Both the position numbers and the translations under genes were made by a program. A model generated the notes under the pieces. The model was not told the origin of the DNA. It searched no databases and was given only the letters and a program-made list of their open reading frames with translations. From assembly GCA_963668695.2 (NCBI GenBank), contig CAXXLQ010000004.1, positions 3,168,001 to 3,232,000 of the forward strand: DNA of 64,000 nt. The letters run 5' to 3'. Below, one piece after another: positions 40,483 to 51,431 of the stretch. The DNA comes from Vicinamibacteria bacterium. GTDB lineage: Bacteria; Acidobacteriota; Vicinamibacteria; Marinacidobacterales; Marinacidobacteraceae. The stretch's first letter is position 1; every line of letters begins with the position of its first letter.

Positions 40483-41589
40483 TTGTTCGAAATCCGTGTC
40501 CTCGCCGACCCCGACGAGGAGGACGCGACCGGACGCACCGTCGAGGTCCGGCTGACCGTCCGGCCGCGGCCGGATGAGGATCCGCTCGAAGATTCCCGGC
40601 TCTTCGCCGCCGGCGACCGGGAACGCATCGTGGCGTTCGTCGCCGCGATGCTCGAACGGCACGCGGGCGCTCTCCCGGCCCCCCGGCTGGAGTGTTGCCG
40701 GCGCTGTGACCGGGCGCTGGATCCCGCGGCAGAGGGGGAGGGCCGACGCCCCTTCGTCTGCGCGGACTGTCAGGCGGCTGCGTCCCGGACTTCCCCGACT
40801 TCCCGGACTTCCCCGACTTCCCGGACGGGCGATCAGCGCGGCGAAGGGGCAGGCGTCGAGGTGCGGTTTCTCGGCACCGGCGACGCCTTCGGATCCGGGG
40901 GGAAGCGACAGGCCGCGATTTTCCTGCGCGCGATCGGCAGCCGGCTCGGGCTGCTGCTCGATGCGGGGCCGGGTTGCCACGCCGCCCTCCGCGCGGAAGG
41001 CCTGTCAAGCGACGATCTCGGGGCGGTGGTCCTCAGCCACTTCCACGGAGATCACTACGGGGGGTTCCCCTTCCTCGAACTCGACGCCCTGCGGAGCGGC
41101 CGCACGGTCCCGTTCCTGGTCCTGGCGCCTCCGGGCGCGCGGGAACGCATCGAAGCCCTCCGGGAATGCCTCTACCCCAACCTCCCCATCCGCTTTGCCG
41201 AAGAGATCAGGGAAACGCTGCCCGGCGAGGTGGCCGGCTTGCCGGAGAGCGTGGGAGGCGGTTCGGCGCGAGCCTTCGCCGCTCGCCACCAACCGGAGGC
41301 GTGGGCGTTTTCATGGAAGTTCCAGGTCGGGGGCCGGACCATCGTGTACTCGGGAGACACCGGTTTCAACGATCGGCTGATTTCGGAATCCGCGGACGCC
41401 GATCTCCTGATCCACGAGTGCACCTCGCTCGAAACCCTTCCCGGCCACACGTCCCACTCGGAACTCCGGGCGGCCGCGCCCCGAATCGGTGCCCGCCGGG
41501 TCCTGTTGGTGCACACCGGCGAAGACGTGCTGGGCGCCACCGATCTGGTCTTCGAGCGCGCCCACGACGGGCTAAGGGTGATCGTTTAG
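40483..41589 (+). CDS. MBL-fold metallo-hydrolase (RNase Z-like) with an N-terminal Cys-rich extension; start uncertain
   Basis: FLGTGDAFGSGG, SHFHGDH, YSGDT, IHEC, HTS. Confidence 0.75.
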   Translation: MFEIRVLADPDEEDATGRTVEVRLTVRPRPDEDPLEDSRLFAAGDRERIVAFVAAMLERHAGALPAPRLECCRRCDRALDPAAEGEGRRPFVCADCQAAASRTSPTSRTSPTSRTGDQRGEGAGVEVRFLGTGDAFGSGGKRQAAIFLRAIGSRLGLLLDAGPGCHAALRAEGLSSDDLGAVVLSHFHGDHYGGFPFLELDALRSGRTVPFLVLAPPGARERIEALRECLYPNLPIRFAEEIRETLPGEVAGLPESVGGGSARAFAARHQPEAWAFSWKFQVGGRTIVYSGDTGFNDRLISESADADLLIHECTSLETLPGHTSHSELRAAAPRIGARRVLLVHTGEDVLGATDLVFERAHDGLRVIV

Positions 41590-41667
41590 CCCGGGATTCA
41601 TCGGCAAGACAGAGCCCCGGCGGGCGCACTGGGATGCCCTTGGCGGCGCCGCCCAGCGCCGCCGAAC

Positions 41668-41892
41668 TCAGTCGTCGTCCTTGGAGGCGTCGGCGTCATC
41701 CGAACCGTCGTCCGGGTTCGTGACGCTCTTCAAGGAGTTCCGAAAATTCTTGATACCCGCGCCGAGGCCTTTACCCAACTGGGGCAGCCGTGTACCGCCG
41801 AAGATGAGAATGACGATTCCCAGGATGATCAGGAGTTCGGTCGCGCCAAAGGGGCCGACCAGAAGAATCGGAACCCACAGGAAGGAAGTCAT
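41668..41892 (-). CDS. tatA: Twin-arginine translocase TatA
   Basis: GATELLIIL..LIFGGTRLPQLGKGLGAGIKNFR. Confidence 0.92.
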   Translation of the reverse strand: MTSFLWVPILLVGPFGATELLIILGIVILIFGGTRLPQLGKGLGAGIKNFRNSLKSVTNPDDGSDDADASKDDD

Positions 41893-41901
41893 GACGCGAT
41901 T

Positions 41902-42846
41902 CTACCCGCTCGGGAACGGGACTGCCTCTGTCCTCCCGCGCTCGTAGACAAGCGCCGCTACCGCGATGTCTTCCGCGGCGATGCCCTGAGATTCGAACAG
42001 GGAAGACCCTGCCCCGGCACTCCCCTTTCCGGCCGTCACCACCTCGCCGAGCGTTTCCAACTCCTCCCAGCGCAGTTCGCCCGCGGCCACGAGGGGCGCG
42101 AGATCCCCGCACTCGATCCGCGCCTGCTCCCGGTCGTCCACCACCACGCGATGGGCATGCCGCACCGCAGCGCGGTCCAGTTCGCGGCGTTTCAGCGAAT
42201 TCCCTCCGGCGGCCGCCACGAACGCCCCCGGGATGAGCCATTCTCCGCGGACGACCGGCTCCGCGGCGCTCGTGACCGCCACCACGATGGGCTTGCCGCG
42301 CACCGCCGCCTCGGCGCTCCGCGCCGGAACCACCTCGACGCCAAGCCGGACGGACATCGCGGCGGCGAACCGCTCCCGCCGCTCGGGACTCCGGCAGAAC
42401 GCCTCGATCCGGGTGAGCGGCCGCACCACCGAGAGCGCCTCGATCTGCGTCTCCGCCTGGTAGCCACAACCCACGATCCCCACGCTCGCGGCCGCCGGAT
42501 CGGCCAGGTAGTCCGCGGCGACCCCGGTGGCGGCGCCGGTCCGGATCTGACCGAGCGCGTCGGCTTCCATCACGGCGGCCAGTGACCCGCTCGCCTGGTC
42601 GAAGAGCAGGAGCACGAAGCGCGCACCGTCCCGGCCCGTCAGATAGGTCTTCAGCCCGAGATAGCCGAGCGCCGCGCTCGAGGCGCTCATCGTGTGGAGC
42701 ATCCGGCCCGGTACCCGGACCCGCTGCCGGGGCCGATTCTGGGCTCCGCCCTCGCCGAGTTCCCGGAATACCGCCTCGACGGCAGGTACCGCATCCCGCA
42801 TGGGAAGGACCTCGCGCACGAGCGCCTCCGGGAAGTACAGGGTCAC
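41902..42846 (-). CDS. Ornithine cyclodeaminase / mu-crystallin family protein
   Basis: LGQIRTGAATG, GIVGCGYQA, RRELD, FESQGIAAED; start inferred. Confidence 0.88.
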   Translation of the reverse strand: MTLYFPEALVREVLPMRDAVPAVEAVFRELGEGGAQNRPRQRVRVPGRMLHTMSASSAALGYLGLKTYLTGRDGARFVLLLFDQASGSLAAVMEADALGQIRTGAATGVAADYLADPAAASVGIVGCGYQAETQIEALSVVRPLTRIEAFCRSPERRERFAAAMSVRLGVEVVPARSAEAAVRGKPIVVAVTSAAEPVVRGEWLIPGAFVAAAGGNSLKRRELDRAAVRHAHRVVVDDREQARIECGDLAPLVAAGELRWEELETLGEVVTAGKGSAGAGSSLFESQGIAAEDIAVAALVYERGRTEAVPFPSG

Positions 42847-42910
42847 CGAGACAAGGGTACCGAGAGCGGGACCGAGAATGGGCAGGCTTCCCTTTCCTAC
42901 AATCCCGGGC

Positions 42911-44485
42911 ATGGACGTGCTCACCGCTCAGCAAATGCGCGAAGCGGATCGCCACACCATCGAGGAGGCGGGGATCCCGGCGCGCGTCCTGATGGAGAAC
43001 GCCGGCCGGGCCGTCGCAGAGATCGTTGCCGCCGAGGCAGCGGGCAGCGGGCGACGAATTCTCATCCTGTGCGGGCGGGGCGGCAACGGGGGCGACGGAC
43101 TCGTGGCGCTGCGGGCGCTCGCAGCGCGCGGGCTTCGGGCCAGCGCCGTTCTGCTGACCGATCCGGAGCGGCTCACCGGGGCCACCAGGGCGAACTTCGA
43201 GACCGCGATGCAGCTCGCGCTCCACGTCGTTCCGGTCCCCGACGAAGCCTCCTGGGAGACGGCGCTGCGCCAGGCCGGTCCGGACGGGCTCGCCGGGCCC
43301 CGCCCGGGGGTGATCGTTGACGCCATCCTCGGAACGGGAAGTTCCGGGACGCTTCGGGGGCTCACCGCCCGGGTGATCGCCGACCTCGACCACGTCGGAC
43401 GATTCCGGGACGCTCGCCGCGTCGCCATCGATATTCCGACCGGCCTCTCGGCGGATACGGGCAGCGCGCCGGACCTCGCTTTCCGCGCCGATCTCACCGT
43501 GGCGCTCGCCGCCCCCAAGATCTGTCACTTCGTTTTTCCGGCCAGCGCCGCGTGCGGGGAGATTCGGGTCGCAGAGATCGGAATCCCGCGGGTCTGGCTC
43601 AATGCCGGCACCACCGGGGTCCGAACCAACGACGCCCGCCGCATCGCCCCGTTCTTCCCGGCTCGCGAGCCCGGCGTCCACAAGGGACAGCTCGGCCGGC
43701 TCCTGCTGATCGCGGGTTCGCGGCGGATGCCCGGAGCCGCGGCGCTCGCGGCGCAGGGCGCGCTGTCGGCGGGGGTCGGGCTGCTGACGGTGGCGGGTCC
43801 CCCCGACGGCCTGACGGAACTGCCGCCGGAGGCGATGCGGCTGCCCCTGCCCTCCACCGACCCGGGGGAGATCTCCCTCGACGGGGTGCCGGAGATCTCC
43901 GCCTTCGCCGCTGACGCGATCGCACTCGGTCCCGGACTCGGCAGCCGCGAGGAAACGAAGGAGGCGGTGCGAAGGATCGTCCTGACGACTTCGGCGCCGC
44001 TGGTACTCGACGCCGACGGGCTGAACGCCTGGGCCGGTCGGGCCTCGAAACTCGCCCAGCGGCCGCGGCTCGCGTTGACGCCGCACCCTGGCGAAGCCGC
44101 GCGGCTGCTCAACCTGACGAGCGCCGAGGTCCAGGACGAGCGATTGCAGGTGGCGCGTCGCCTGGCCCGGGAAACGGAGGGAGCGGTAGCCCTCAAGGGA
44201 CCCGGGACGCTGATCGCCGATCCCTGGGGCGCCGTCTTCGTGAATCGCTCGGGGGGGCCCGAACTCGCCGCCGGTGGATCCGGGGATGTCCTGACCGGAG
44301 TGGTGGGAGCGCTGCTTGCCCGACGCCTGGGTCCGCTTGAGGCACTCTCGGCGGGCGTGTTCCTGCACGGACTCGCGGGCAGCGAAGCGCGGAAGCACTG
44401 CGGGGAGGACGCGGTCACGGCGTCCGGCGTGGCCGCCCACCTCGGGAGGGCGATCCACCGGCTGCGGGCGGAGATGTCCCGATGA
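42911..44485 (+). CDS. nnr: Bifunctional NAD(P)H-hydrate epimerase/dehydratase
   Basis: LMENAG, GNGGDG, AIDIPTG, GPGLG, LDADGL, TPHPGE, GSGDVLTG. Confidence 0.93.
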   Translation: MDVLTAQQMREADRHTIEEAGIPARVLMENAGRAVAEIVAAEAAGSGRRILILCGRGGNGGDGLVALRALAARGLRASAVLLTDPERLTGATRANFETAMQLALHVVPVPDEASWETALRQAGPDGLAGPRPGVIVDAILGTGSSGTLRGLTARVIADLDHVGRFRDARRVAIDIPTGLSADTGSAPDLAFRADLTVALAAPKICHFVFPASAACGEIRVAEIGIPRVWLNAGTTGVRTNDARRIAPFFPAREPGVHKGQLGRLLLIAGSRRMPGAAALAAQGALSAGVGLLTVAGPPDGLTELPPEAMRLPLPSTDPGEISLDGVPEISAFAADAIALGPGLGSREETKEAVRRIVLTTSAPLVLDADGLNAWAGRASKLAQRPRLALTPHPGEAARLLNLTSAEVQDERLQVARRLARETEGAVALKGPGTLIADPWGAVFVNRSGGPELAAGGSGDVLTGVVGALLARRLGPLEALSAGVFLHGLAGSEARKHCGEDAVTASGVAAHLGRAIHRLRAEMSR

Positions 44486-44943
44486 CCGCCGCGCCGGCGA
44501 CGCCGAGGGCCGGCCGGGTGGCCAGCCGCAGCCCGGAGGAGACCCTCGAGGCCGGAGCGCGCCTCGCCGCCCGCGAACCCGCCTGCCGCGCCTTCTATCT
44601 CGAGGGGGACCTGGGCGCCGGAAAGACCGTTTTCGCCAAGGGATTGGCGCGGCACTACGGAGTGGATCCCAATCAGGTCACGAGTCCGACGTTCGCCCTG
44701 GTGGCGCGCTACGGTGAGGGAAGCCGCCCGCTGTACCACCTGGACCTGTACCGGATCGAGCGCCCGGAGGAACTCCGGGAGCTCGGCATCGAGGAGATGG
44801 AGGAGGAAGACGCGATCGTGATCGTCGAGTGGCCGGAGAGGCTCGGACACTACTGCCGCACCGACGCGATTCGGGTGCGCCTGCTTCGCGAGCGGGACGG
44901 GACCCGGCGGATCGAGATCGCGGCGGGGAGCGACGGACGATGA
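44482..44943 (+). CDS. tsaE: tRNA threonylcarbamoyladenosine biosynthesis ATPase
   Basis: GDLGAGKT, VTSPTF, HLDLYR, IVEW. Confidence 0.94.
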   Translation: MTAAPATPRAGRVASRSPEETLEAGARLAAREPACRAFYLEGDLGAGKTVFAKGLARHYGVDPNQVTSPTFALVARYGEGSRPLYHLDLYRIERPEELRELGIEEMEEEDAIVIVEWPERLGHYCRTDAIRVRLLRERDGTRRIEIAAGSDGR

Positions 44944-46361
44944 ACGGCCGTCCGCCCCGCGCCACCCGGCCGGCATCGCTCTGCGGGAATGGCCGGATTG
45001 CAGTTGCAGCGCTGGCGGCGGCGCTGGCGGGAGCCGCCTGCGGGAATCCGGGGCCGCCGCCGCCCGGCGAACGGTTGAGCCTGGTTCTGGTCACCGTCTC
45101 CTCGCTTCGCGCGGACCACCTCGGAATCTACGGCTATCCGCGCAACATCAGTCCGAACCTCGACCTCTTCGGTGCTTCCGGGGCGGTGTTCCTGGAGGCG
45201 CTGACCCCCTGGCCCGAAACCGGGCGCGGAGCGGCGGCACTACTCACCGGGGTGGATCCGAGCCGGAGCACCCGGGGCGAACCGGCCCGGCTCGTCGAAG
45301 ACGGCACGCTCGCGTCCAGGCTGCGTGCGCACGGCTACCGGACCCTCGGCGCGGTGAATCATCCGGCCCTGGCCGCGGAACTCGGCTTCGCCCGGGGTTT
45401 CGACGAGTTTCGGGAGCACTGGGGGGGCGACGCCGCGGGAGGCGCCGATGCCGTCCGCGACTTCGGGGTCGAGGCGCTTCGTGCCGCCACCGGCGAGTCT
45501 CCCGTTTTTGTCTGGCTTCATTTCTCCGCGCCCTCTCCGCCGCACAGCCCTCCGGCGGAGGATCTGGATGCGGTGCGGACCGATGAAATGACCCCGGCCG
45601 GCCCGCGTTTTCGAGGCGGGTCGCAACCGGCCGCCGCCGTGACCGGGGGAGCCGGCTACGGGGAGCTGGCGGATCGCTACGACGCGTCCATCCGGTGGGT
45701 GGACCGCGCCGTCGGCGCGGTGCTGTCGAGCCTCGCGTCCGGTCCGCTTGCCGGGAAGGCGCTGTTCGTGGTGGCCGGGCTCCACGGCGAATCTCTCGGC
45801 GAACACGGTCCACCCTTCGAAACGCCCCGCGCCCTGTTCCGGGAGACGCTCCAGGTTCCGTTGCTGCTCGGCTGGCCCGGCAGCGACGGGTCACGGTTCC
45901 CGGCGGAAACCCGCTTCGGTTCGGCGGTAGGCATCGGCGACGTTGGCCCAACCGCGTTCGAGCTGATCGGGGTGCCGCTCCCCGAGACGCTGCCGCTGGG
46001 CACCATCGGCAAGTCGCTCGTTCCGGCGCTTCAGGGGGACGAGCCGCGCCCCCATCGGCGGCTCTACGCGCAGTCCGAGCGGGGGCTCTTCGGCGTCTTC
46101 GACGGGCGGCTGCGGATGCTCCGGATACCGGTTCCGGGCCAGCCGGCGCCCCTGTTCGCGCTCTTCAACCTGGTGCGGGATCCGAACGAAGCCGAGAACG
46201 CGTACGTGCAGGCGAGCTTCTCGATGGAATCCTTCAAGGCGCAACTGGAGACCCGGAGGATCCAGACCGTCGCCTGGCAGCAGGAGAACGAACGGGCCGG
46301 GCCCGGGCCCCAGCTTTCGCCGGACCTCGCCGCCGCGCTCGAGGCGCGCGGCTACCGCTGA
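44940..46361 (+). CDS. Sulfatase-like / alkaline phosphatase superfamily lipoprotein (metal ligands degenerate)
   Basis: LVTVSSLRADHLG.YGY.R..SPNLD, GFDEF, FVWLH, HGESLGEHG; lipobox GAAC. Confidence 0.8.
   Translation: MNGRPPRATRPASLCGNGRIAVAALAAALAGAACGNPGPPPPGERLSLVLVTVSSLRADHLGIYGYPRNISPNLDLFGASGAVFLEALTPWPETGRGAAALLTGVDPSRSTRGEPARLVEDGTLASRLRAHGYRTLGAVNHPALAAELGFARGFDEFREHWGGDAAGGADAVRDFGVEALRAATGESPVFVWLHFSAPSPPHSPPAEDLDAVRTDEMTPAGPRFRGGSQPAAAVTGGAGYGELADRYDASIRWVDRAVGAVLSSLASGPLAGKALFVVAGLHGESLGEHGPPFETPRALFRETLQVPLLLGWPGSDGSRFPAETRFGSAVGIGDVGPTAFELIGVPLPETLPLGTIGKSLVPALQGDEPRPHRRLYAQSERGLFGVFDGRLRMLRIPVPGQPAPLFALFNLVRDPNEAENAYVQASFSMESFKAQLETRRIQTVAWQQENERAGPGPQLSPDLAAALEARGYR
46281..46361 (+). 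repeat. Direct repeat 1 (3' end of the sulfatase-like gene); second copy at 51901-51981
   Basis: 74 of 81 nt identical by eye alignment. Confidence 0.9.
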
Positions 46362-46498
46362 CGGTCCGACGCTCGTGGCAGATTCTCGTTTCCCAAATCA
46401 CTCTGGACCGGGTGGCATGCCCTTAAGGTGCCGAACCTGCGGGACGATGAAATGCTCGACCCGGAGTTCAAGCCGCTGATGTTCGAAGAGGTGGCGGC

Positions 46499-46803
46499 AT
46501 GAGTCCTCGGTTGCTCATCCCGCGCGATGAGATTGCAGCGTTTTGCAGGAAACACGGGATCGGAGATTCTCGCTGTTCGGTTCCGTGCTTCGCGACGACT
46601 TCGGACCGGACAGCGATTTGGATGTGCTGGCGGAGTTCAAACCGGGAGTGCGCTTCTCCCTTTTCGATCTCGTCGACATGCAGGACGAGCTGAGCGAAAT
46701 CGTGGGCAGAAAGGCGGAGATCTTCGAGTTCCGGGCACTTCTTCCGGGCACTTCGGCCGTGGATGCAGGAAGAGGTCGCCGGATCGATGGAGTTGTTCTA
46801 TGA
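46499..46803 (+). pseudogene. MNT (minimal nucleotidyltransferase) antitoxin, frameshifted
   Basis: EIAAFCRKHGI in one frame continues as RRFSLFGSVLRDDFGPDSDLDVL in another (1-bp loss near 46561). Confidence 0.8.
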
Positions 46804-47000
46804 GTTGCCGGAGTGAACGCGGGCCGCTACCGGACATGCGGGACTACACCCCGGGAGGGGGTTGAGACATTCCAGGGGGCCAACGCCGACGCTCTCGAAA
46901 ACGACAGGACGCTTGATTGGGCTCTCCGGTATCTCGTTCTGACTGTGGGCGAGGCGGCCACCCGCGTTGTACCCGAGGTGCGCGCGTGCCTCCCCTGTTC
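46800..47000 (+). pseudogene. HepT/DUF86 toxin fragment, frameshifted and truncated
   Basis: LPDMRDY, then a frame change to LENDRTLDWALRYLVLTVGEAATRV; no HEPN RxxxxH region seen. Confidence 0.65.
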
Positions 47001-47404
47001 GAGCACACCGACCCGAGACTGGTCAGGCGCGAACGACAGCAGGGACGGACATCAGGCGCAGGACACGGATCGAGCGGGGATGGACATCGACGAGAGCGCC
47101 GGAGCAGGAGAGGATCCCGACGGGCGACGACGAAGATCCAGTCGGTGAAGGAGGAAGACTGTCGGACGCGCGATCGGAGGACACGTGATCTGGCTCCTGA
47201 CACCGGCAGGTATCAGGAGCCAGCCTACCCAATGTGTGCACATTGGGGTCTGGCGAGGGAGACGCTGCGCCCCCCTCGAACCAGCGGATCAAGATCGATC
47301 AGGGTGGAACGGGTTTCGGCATCTGGATGATCGGTTGGCTCTTCTCCATCCGCTTTCCGGATCTGGGCTTCTGGCAGGGTCTTCTGGCTCTGTTCGTATG
47401 GCCT

Positions 47405-47966
47405 TAACAGCCGGTGGTGAAACCCACGTGAGCGCCGAGGCTGGCCAGTTCTCCCGGTGGGGGCGAGGCGCTCGGCTGACAAGGCGCGTGAGGGAGGAAT
47501 ACCGGGTGTATTCCGACCGAAACGCAACGCAGAACGCAGCGAAGCGGAGTGGTTCGGCCGGGATGGATCGCCGGTCGAACGCCGCGTGGGTTTTGCCACA
47601 GGCTGTTAGCAGCCTGTGGTGGAACCCGGGTGAGCGCCGAGAGCGGCCAGTTCTCCCGGTGGGGGCGAGGCGCCCGGCTGACAAGGCGCGTGAGGAAGGA
47701 ATACCGAGTGTATTTCGACCGAAACGCAACGCAGAGCGCCGCAAAGCGGCGCGGTGACCTAGCAGCCGGTGGTGGACAAAGTGGCGTGAGTGCCGAGGCT
47801 GGCCAGTTCTCCCGGTGGGGGCGAGGCGCCCGGCTGACAAGGCGCGTGAGGGAGGAATACCGGGTGTATTTCGACCGAAACGCAACGCAGACCGGAGCGA
47901 AGCGGAGTGGTTCAGCCGGGATGGATCGCCGGGCGAACGCCGCCTGGGTTTCACCACAGGCTGTTA
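47405..47966 (+). mobile_element. MITE-like element cluster M8
   Basis: TAACAGCCGGTGG ... CCACAGGCTGTTA with an internal GGCTGTTAGCAGCC junction; right end is the stop codon of the adjacent oxidoreductase. Confidence 0.85.
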
Positions 47967-50443
47967 AACCCCCGCCGCTCCCAACTCCTCCAGCACGCGC
48001 TCCGGCCGCAGCGGCAGTCTTCGCATACGCACTCCCGTCGCGTCATGGATTGCGTTCGCGACGGCCGCGGGAACTGGCCGGTGCGAGGGCTCACCCGCTC
48101 CGTAGGGGCGCAGGTCCGGGCGGTCGGGGTTCGGGTCACCGTTGACCATCACGACATCGATGCGCTCGGGCGCGTCCATGTGCGTGAGGGTCGGGTGCGT
48201 GCGCCAGTCAACGCTGGTGACCTTCTCGCCGTCGAACCGGACCTCCTCGTACAGCGTCCGGCTGATCCCGTGCAGGAGGTTCCCCTGGATGGTGCCCTCC
48301 AGGCTGTTCGGGTTGATCACCAGGCCGCAGTCGTGGGCGCACACCATCCGCCGGACCCGCACCCGCCCGGTTTCGCGGTCGACCTCGACTTCGGCGATCA
48401 CGGCGATCACGGTGCGGGCGCGGTAGGCGTACGCGATGCCCCGCCCGGTGAGAAAGCGCCCGCTGCCTACCGTCCCGGGTGACGGCCGCACCTCCCATCC
48501 GTACGCCTCGGCGGCCGCTTCGACCACCGCGATCGATCGAGCCCGGCGGAGAGCCTCGTCGTCATCGGTTGCGCCCCGCAGGAGGCGCAGCCGGAACTCG
48601 ACCGGATCCGCGTTCGCGGCCGTGGCCAGCTCGTCCACGAACGACTCCCCGGCGAACGTCGTCTGCGGGCCGTTGGGGTCGCGCAGGTTCCCGGTGCGGA
48701 GCGGCGTCTCGAAGGCCAGCGGGAAGCGGATCGCCCGAGTCTCCTGGCGCCGGTTCGGGATGTGATACATGTCGTCCGGCCCGCGGGCACCCCCAGGCGA
48801 CGGCCGCTCGGGCCGGAACCCCATCAGTTGCGCGATGAGCACGGTCCGGGCCTGGTTGTATCCGAGGTGCGCGTAGTTGGCGATCCGGCCCTGATAGTCC
48901 AGCGCGACCACGTTGCCGTCCGCGTCGAGCCCTCCCCGGAGGTCGATTGCGAAGGCGGGACCCTTGGTGTCCCACGCCGTCTCCTCGTGCCTCATCCACT
49001 GCACGCGAACGGGGCGGCCCAGCTCCTTGGCCAGGTACGCGGCCTCAAAGCCCGCGTCGTCCGCCGCCGTGCGCCCGTAGAGCTGCGGCCCCTCCATCCA
49101 GATCACCCGCACCTGCTCCGGCGGCATGCCCAGGAACTCGGCGATCCCGGTCCGGTGGCTGTACGGCTTCATGTCGTTGGTGTAGATCGTCATCTGGCCG
49201 TCCGAGGGATCGGCCAGGGCGTGGGCGGGCCCGATCGCGGTGTGTCCGTGGAAGGGGATGTCGTATGCGGCTTCGACGACGGTCGCGGCGCTCGCCAGCG
49301 CCCCATCGGGGTCTCCCTGCACCTGCGCCGCCGCCCGTCCACCCGAGCCCGGCACTCCCTCCGCGCTCCGCATGTAGGCGAAGAGGTCTTCCGATGCCGG
49401 GAAGGGCGCCGTGGCGGGCTTCTCCCATGCGAGGACAAGACGTTCCGCAGCCTCGATCGCCTGCTCCTCGCGCTCGCACACGACCGCGACGTAGTTGCCC
49501 TTGCTTACGACCCGGATGAGGCCGGGCACATCGCGCACCGATGACTCGTCGATGCCCGTCAGCGTCGCGCCCGCGAAGGGCGGGCGCACGTTCCGGGCGT
49601 GAACCATCCCCGGGAGGTTGACGTCGACGGCCCACTCGAGCGATGCGTCGACTTTGGCGGGGATGTCGTAGCGCGGAATCGACTGGCCGACAAGCTTCAG
49701 GTCCTGCACCGGCTTGATGCTCGCGACGCCGGTGGTCGAGTTGATGTTGGCGCCCGCCAGCGCGACATCGAAGCGCCGCCCGCCGATCAGCTCGCCGTAG
49801 GTGACCGTCCGCGAGGGATCGTCATGCAGCGAGATCACGCCTTCGCTCACTCGAAGCTCCTCCACGGGCACGCCGAAGCGCTCCGACGCCATCTCCAGCA
49901 GCACCCGCCTGGCCTCCGCCGCGATCCGGCGTCCGACCATGGCGTCGCGCTCGATCGCGTCCGAGCCGCCCGAGCCGCCCTGGTCCACCGTCAGGTCGGT
50001 GCGTCCCATGACAACCGTGGCCCTGTCGAAGGCGATGTCGAGCTCGTCGCACATCATCTGCTGGGTGGCGGTCCCGGTCCCCTGGCCGCCATCGGTCTTG
50101 CCGACGTAGAAGGTCGCGCTGCCATCCTCGTGCACGACCAGCCACGAGTCGAGTTGGAGGAAGTCGGGATCCGGATAGGCACCGGGCTCCGAAGGCCTGG
50201 ACCCAACGCCCTGGCGGGCCGCCCCAATCGCTCCCCAGCCGCGCTCATTCCGCTCAGGCCGAAGACGAACAATCCCGAGGTCTTGAGGAAGTCGCGCCGG
50301 GAAGTGGTGCCGCCCCAGCGCTCGACAGCGCGGTCGATCGAGTTCGCGACCTGCCAGTCGCCGGTCGCGGGCGCCTTGCCCACGGGGGCATCGGGTTCGC
50401 CGCTGGCCAGATCCCGCCCTCTTTGCGCGTCGCGCCCGCTCAT
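47964..50443 (-). pseudogene. Xanthine dehydrogenase/IorB-family molybdopterin-binding subunit with Tat signal; 1-bp frameshift near 50235
   Basis: SRRDFLK Tat motif is in a different frame from GKTDGGQG, GGSGGS, HDCGLVINP, GAGEPS, ANAIHDATG. Confidence 0.8.
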
Positions 50444-50919
50444 CGGTCTGCCTCCGCTTGGGCCATCGCAACCGCTGCGCGCTTCACCGCGGACTGGATC
50501 CGGAAGTAGGTCATGCAGCGGCAGAGAATCGGGTTCATGCCCTCCCGGATCTCGTCGTCGGTCGGGTTCGGGGTGGTGCGTAGCAGTGCTGCGGCCGTGA
50601 GGATCTGCCCGTTCTGGCAGAACCCGCACTGCGGCACCTGCTCATCGATCCAGGCCTGCTGGACGGGATGCAGTTGCCCGTCCTCGGGCAGTCCCTCCAG
50701 GGTCGTAATCTCGCCGTTGCTACGCGAAACCGGCAGGATGCACGAGCGGATCGGGCGCCCGTCCATCAGCACCGTGCACGTCCCGCACTGGGCAAGGCCG
50801 CAGCCGAAGCGCGGTCCCCGCAACCCGAGATCGTTCCGCAGGACGTACAGGAGCGGCGTCGACGGATCGACGTCGAGCGTACGGGTCTCGCCGTTGACCC
50901 TGAGCGTGGTCTCTCTCAT
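50440..50919 (-). CDS. (2Fe-2S)-binding subunit (IorA-like)
   Basis: PLLYVLR, FGCGLAQCGTCTV, QCGFCQNG, LCRCMTY. Confidence 0.92.
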   Translation of the reverse strand: MRETTLRVNGETRTLDVDPSTPLLYVLRNDLGLRGPRFGCGLAQCGTCTVLMDGRPIRSCILPVSRSNGEITTLEGLPEDGQLHPVQQAWIDEQVPQCGFCQNGQILTAAALLRTTPNPTDDEIREGMNPILCRCMTYFRIQSAVKRAAVAMAQAEADR

Positions 50920-51062
50920 CGGTGCATCCCCCCTCCGCGCGGAAGATCCTCGGTGCAGCAACCGGCCGCTTCATGGCTCCACTCGCTCAGAGCCTGCGAA
51001 CCCCGCCAAGTCCCTCGATCAAGAAGATTGAGATGGCCCGGCACCGATCCGATACTACGCTC

Positions 51063-51431
51063 TAACAGCCTGTGGTGAAACCCGCGTGAGCGCCGAGACG
51101 GGCGAGGCGCCCGGCTGACAAGGCGCGTGAGGGAGGAATACCGGGTGTATTTCGACCGAAACGCAACGCAGAAGCACCGCGAAGCGGGGCGGTGAACAGC
51201 CGGTGGTGAAACCGACGTGAGCGCCGAGGCCGGCGAGGCGCCTGGCTGACAAGGCGCGTGAGGGAGGAATACCGGGTGTATTCCGACCGAAACGCAACGA
51301 AGAGCGGCGCGAAAGCGACGCGGTCAGCCGGGATGGATCGCCGGCAGAACGCCGCGTGGGTTTCATCACAGGCTGTCTGGCCGGGATGCATCGCCCGTCG
51401 AACGCCACGTGGGTTTTGCCACCGGCTGTTA
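51063..51431 (+). mobile_element. MITE-like element cluster M9
   Basis: TAACAGCCTGTGG ... CCACCGGCTGTTA; two cores. Confidence 0.85.

Noticed and set aside
47000-47400. Small ORFs after the HepT fragment
   Set aside because: No recognisable motif or consistent frame; left unannotated
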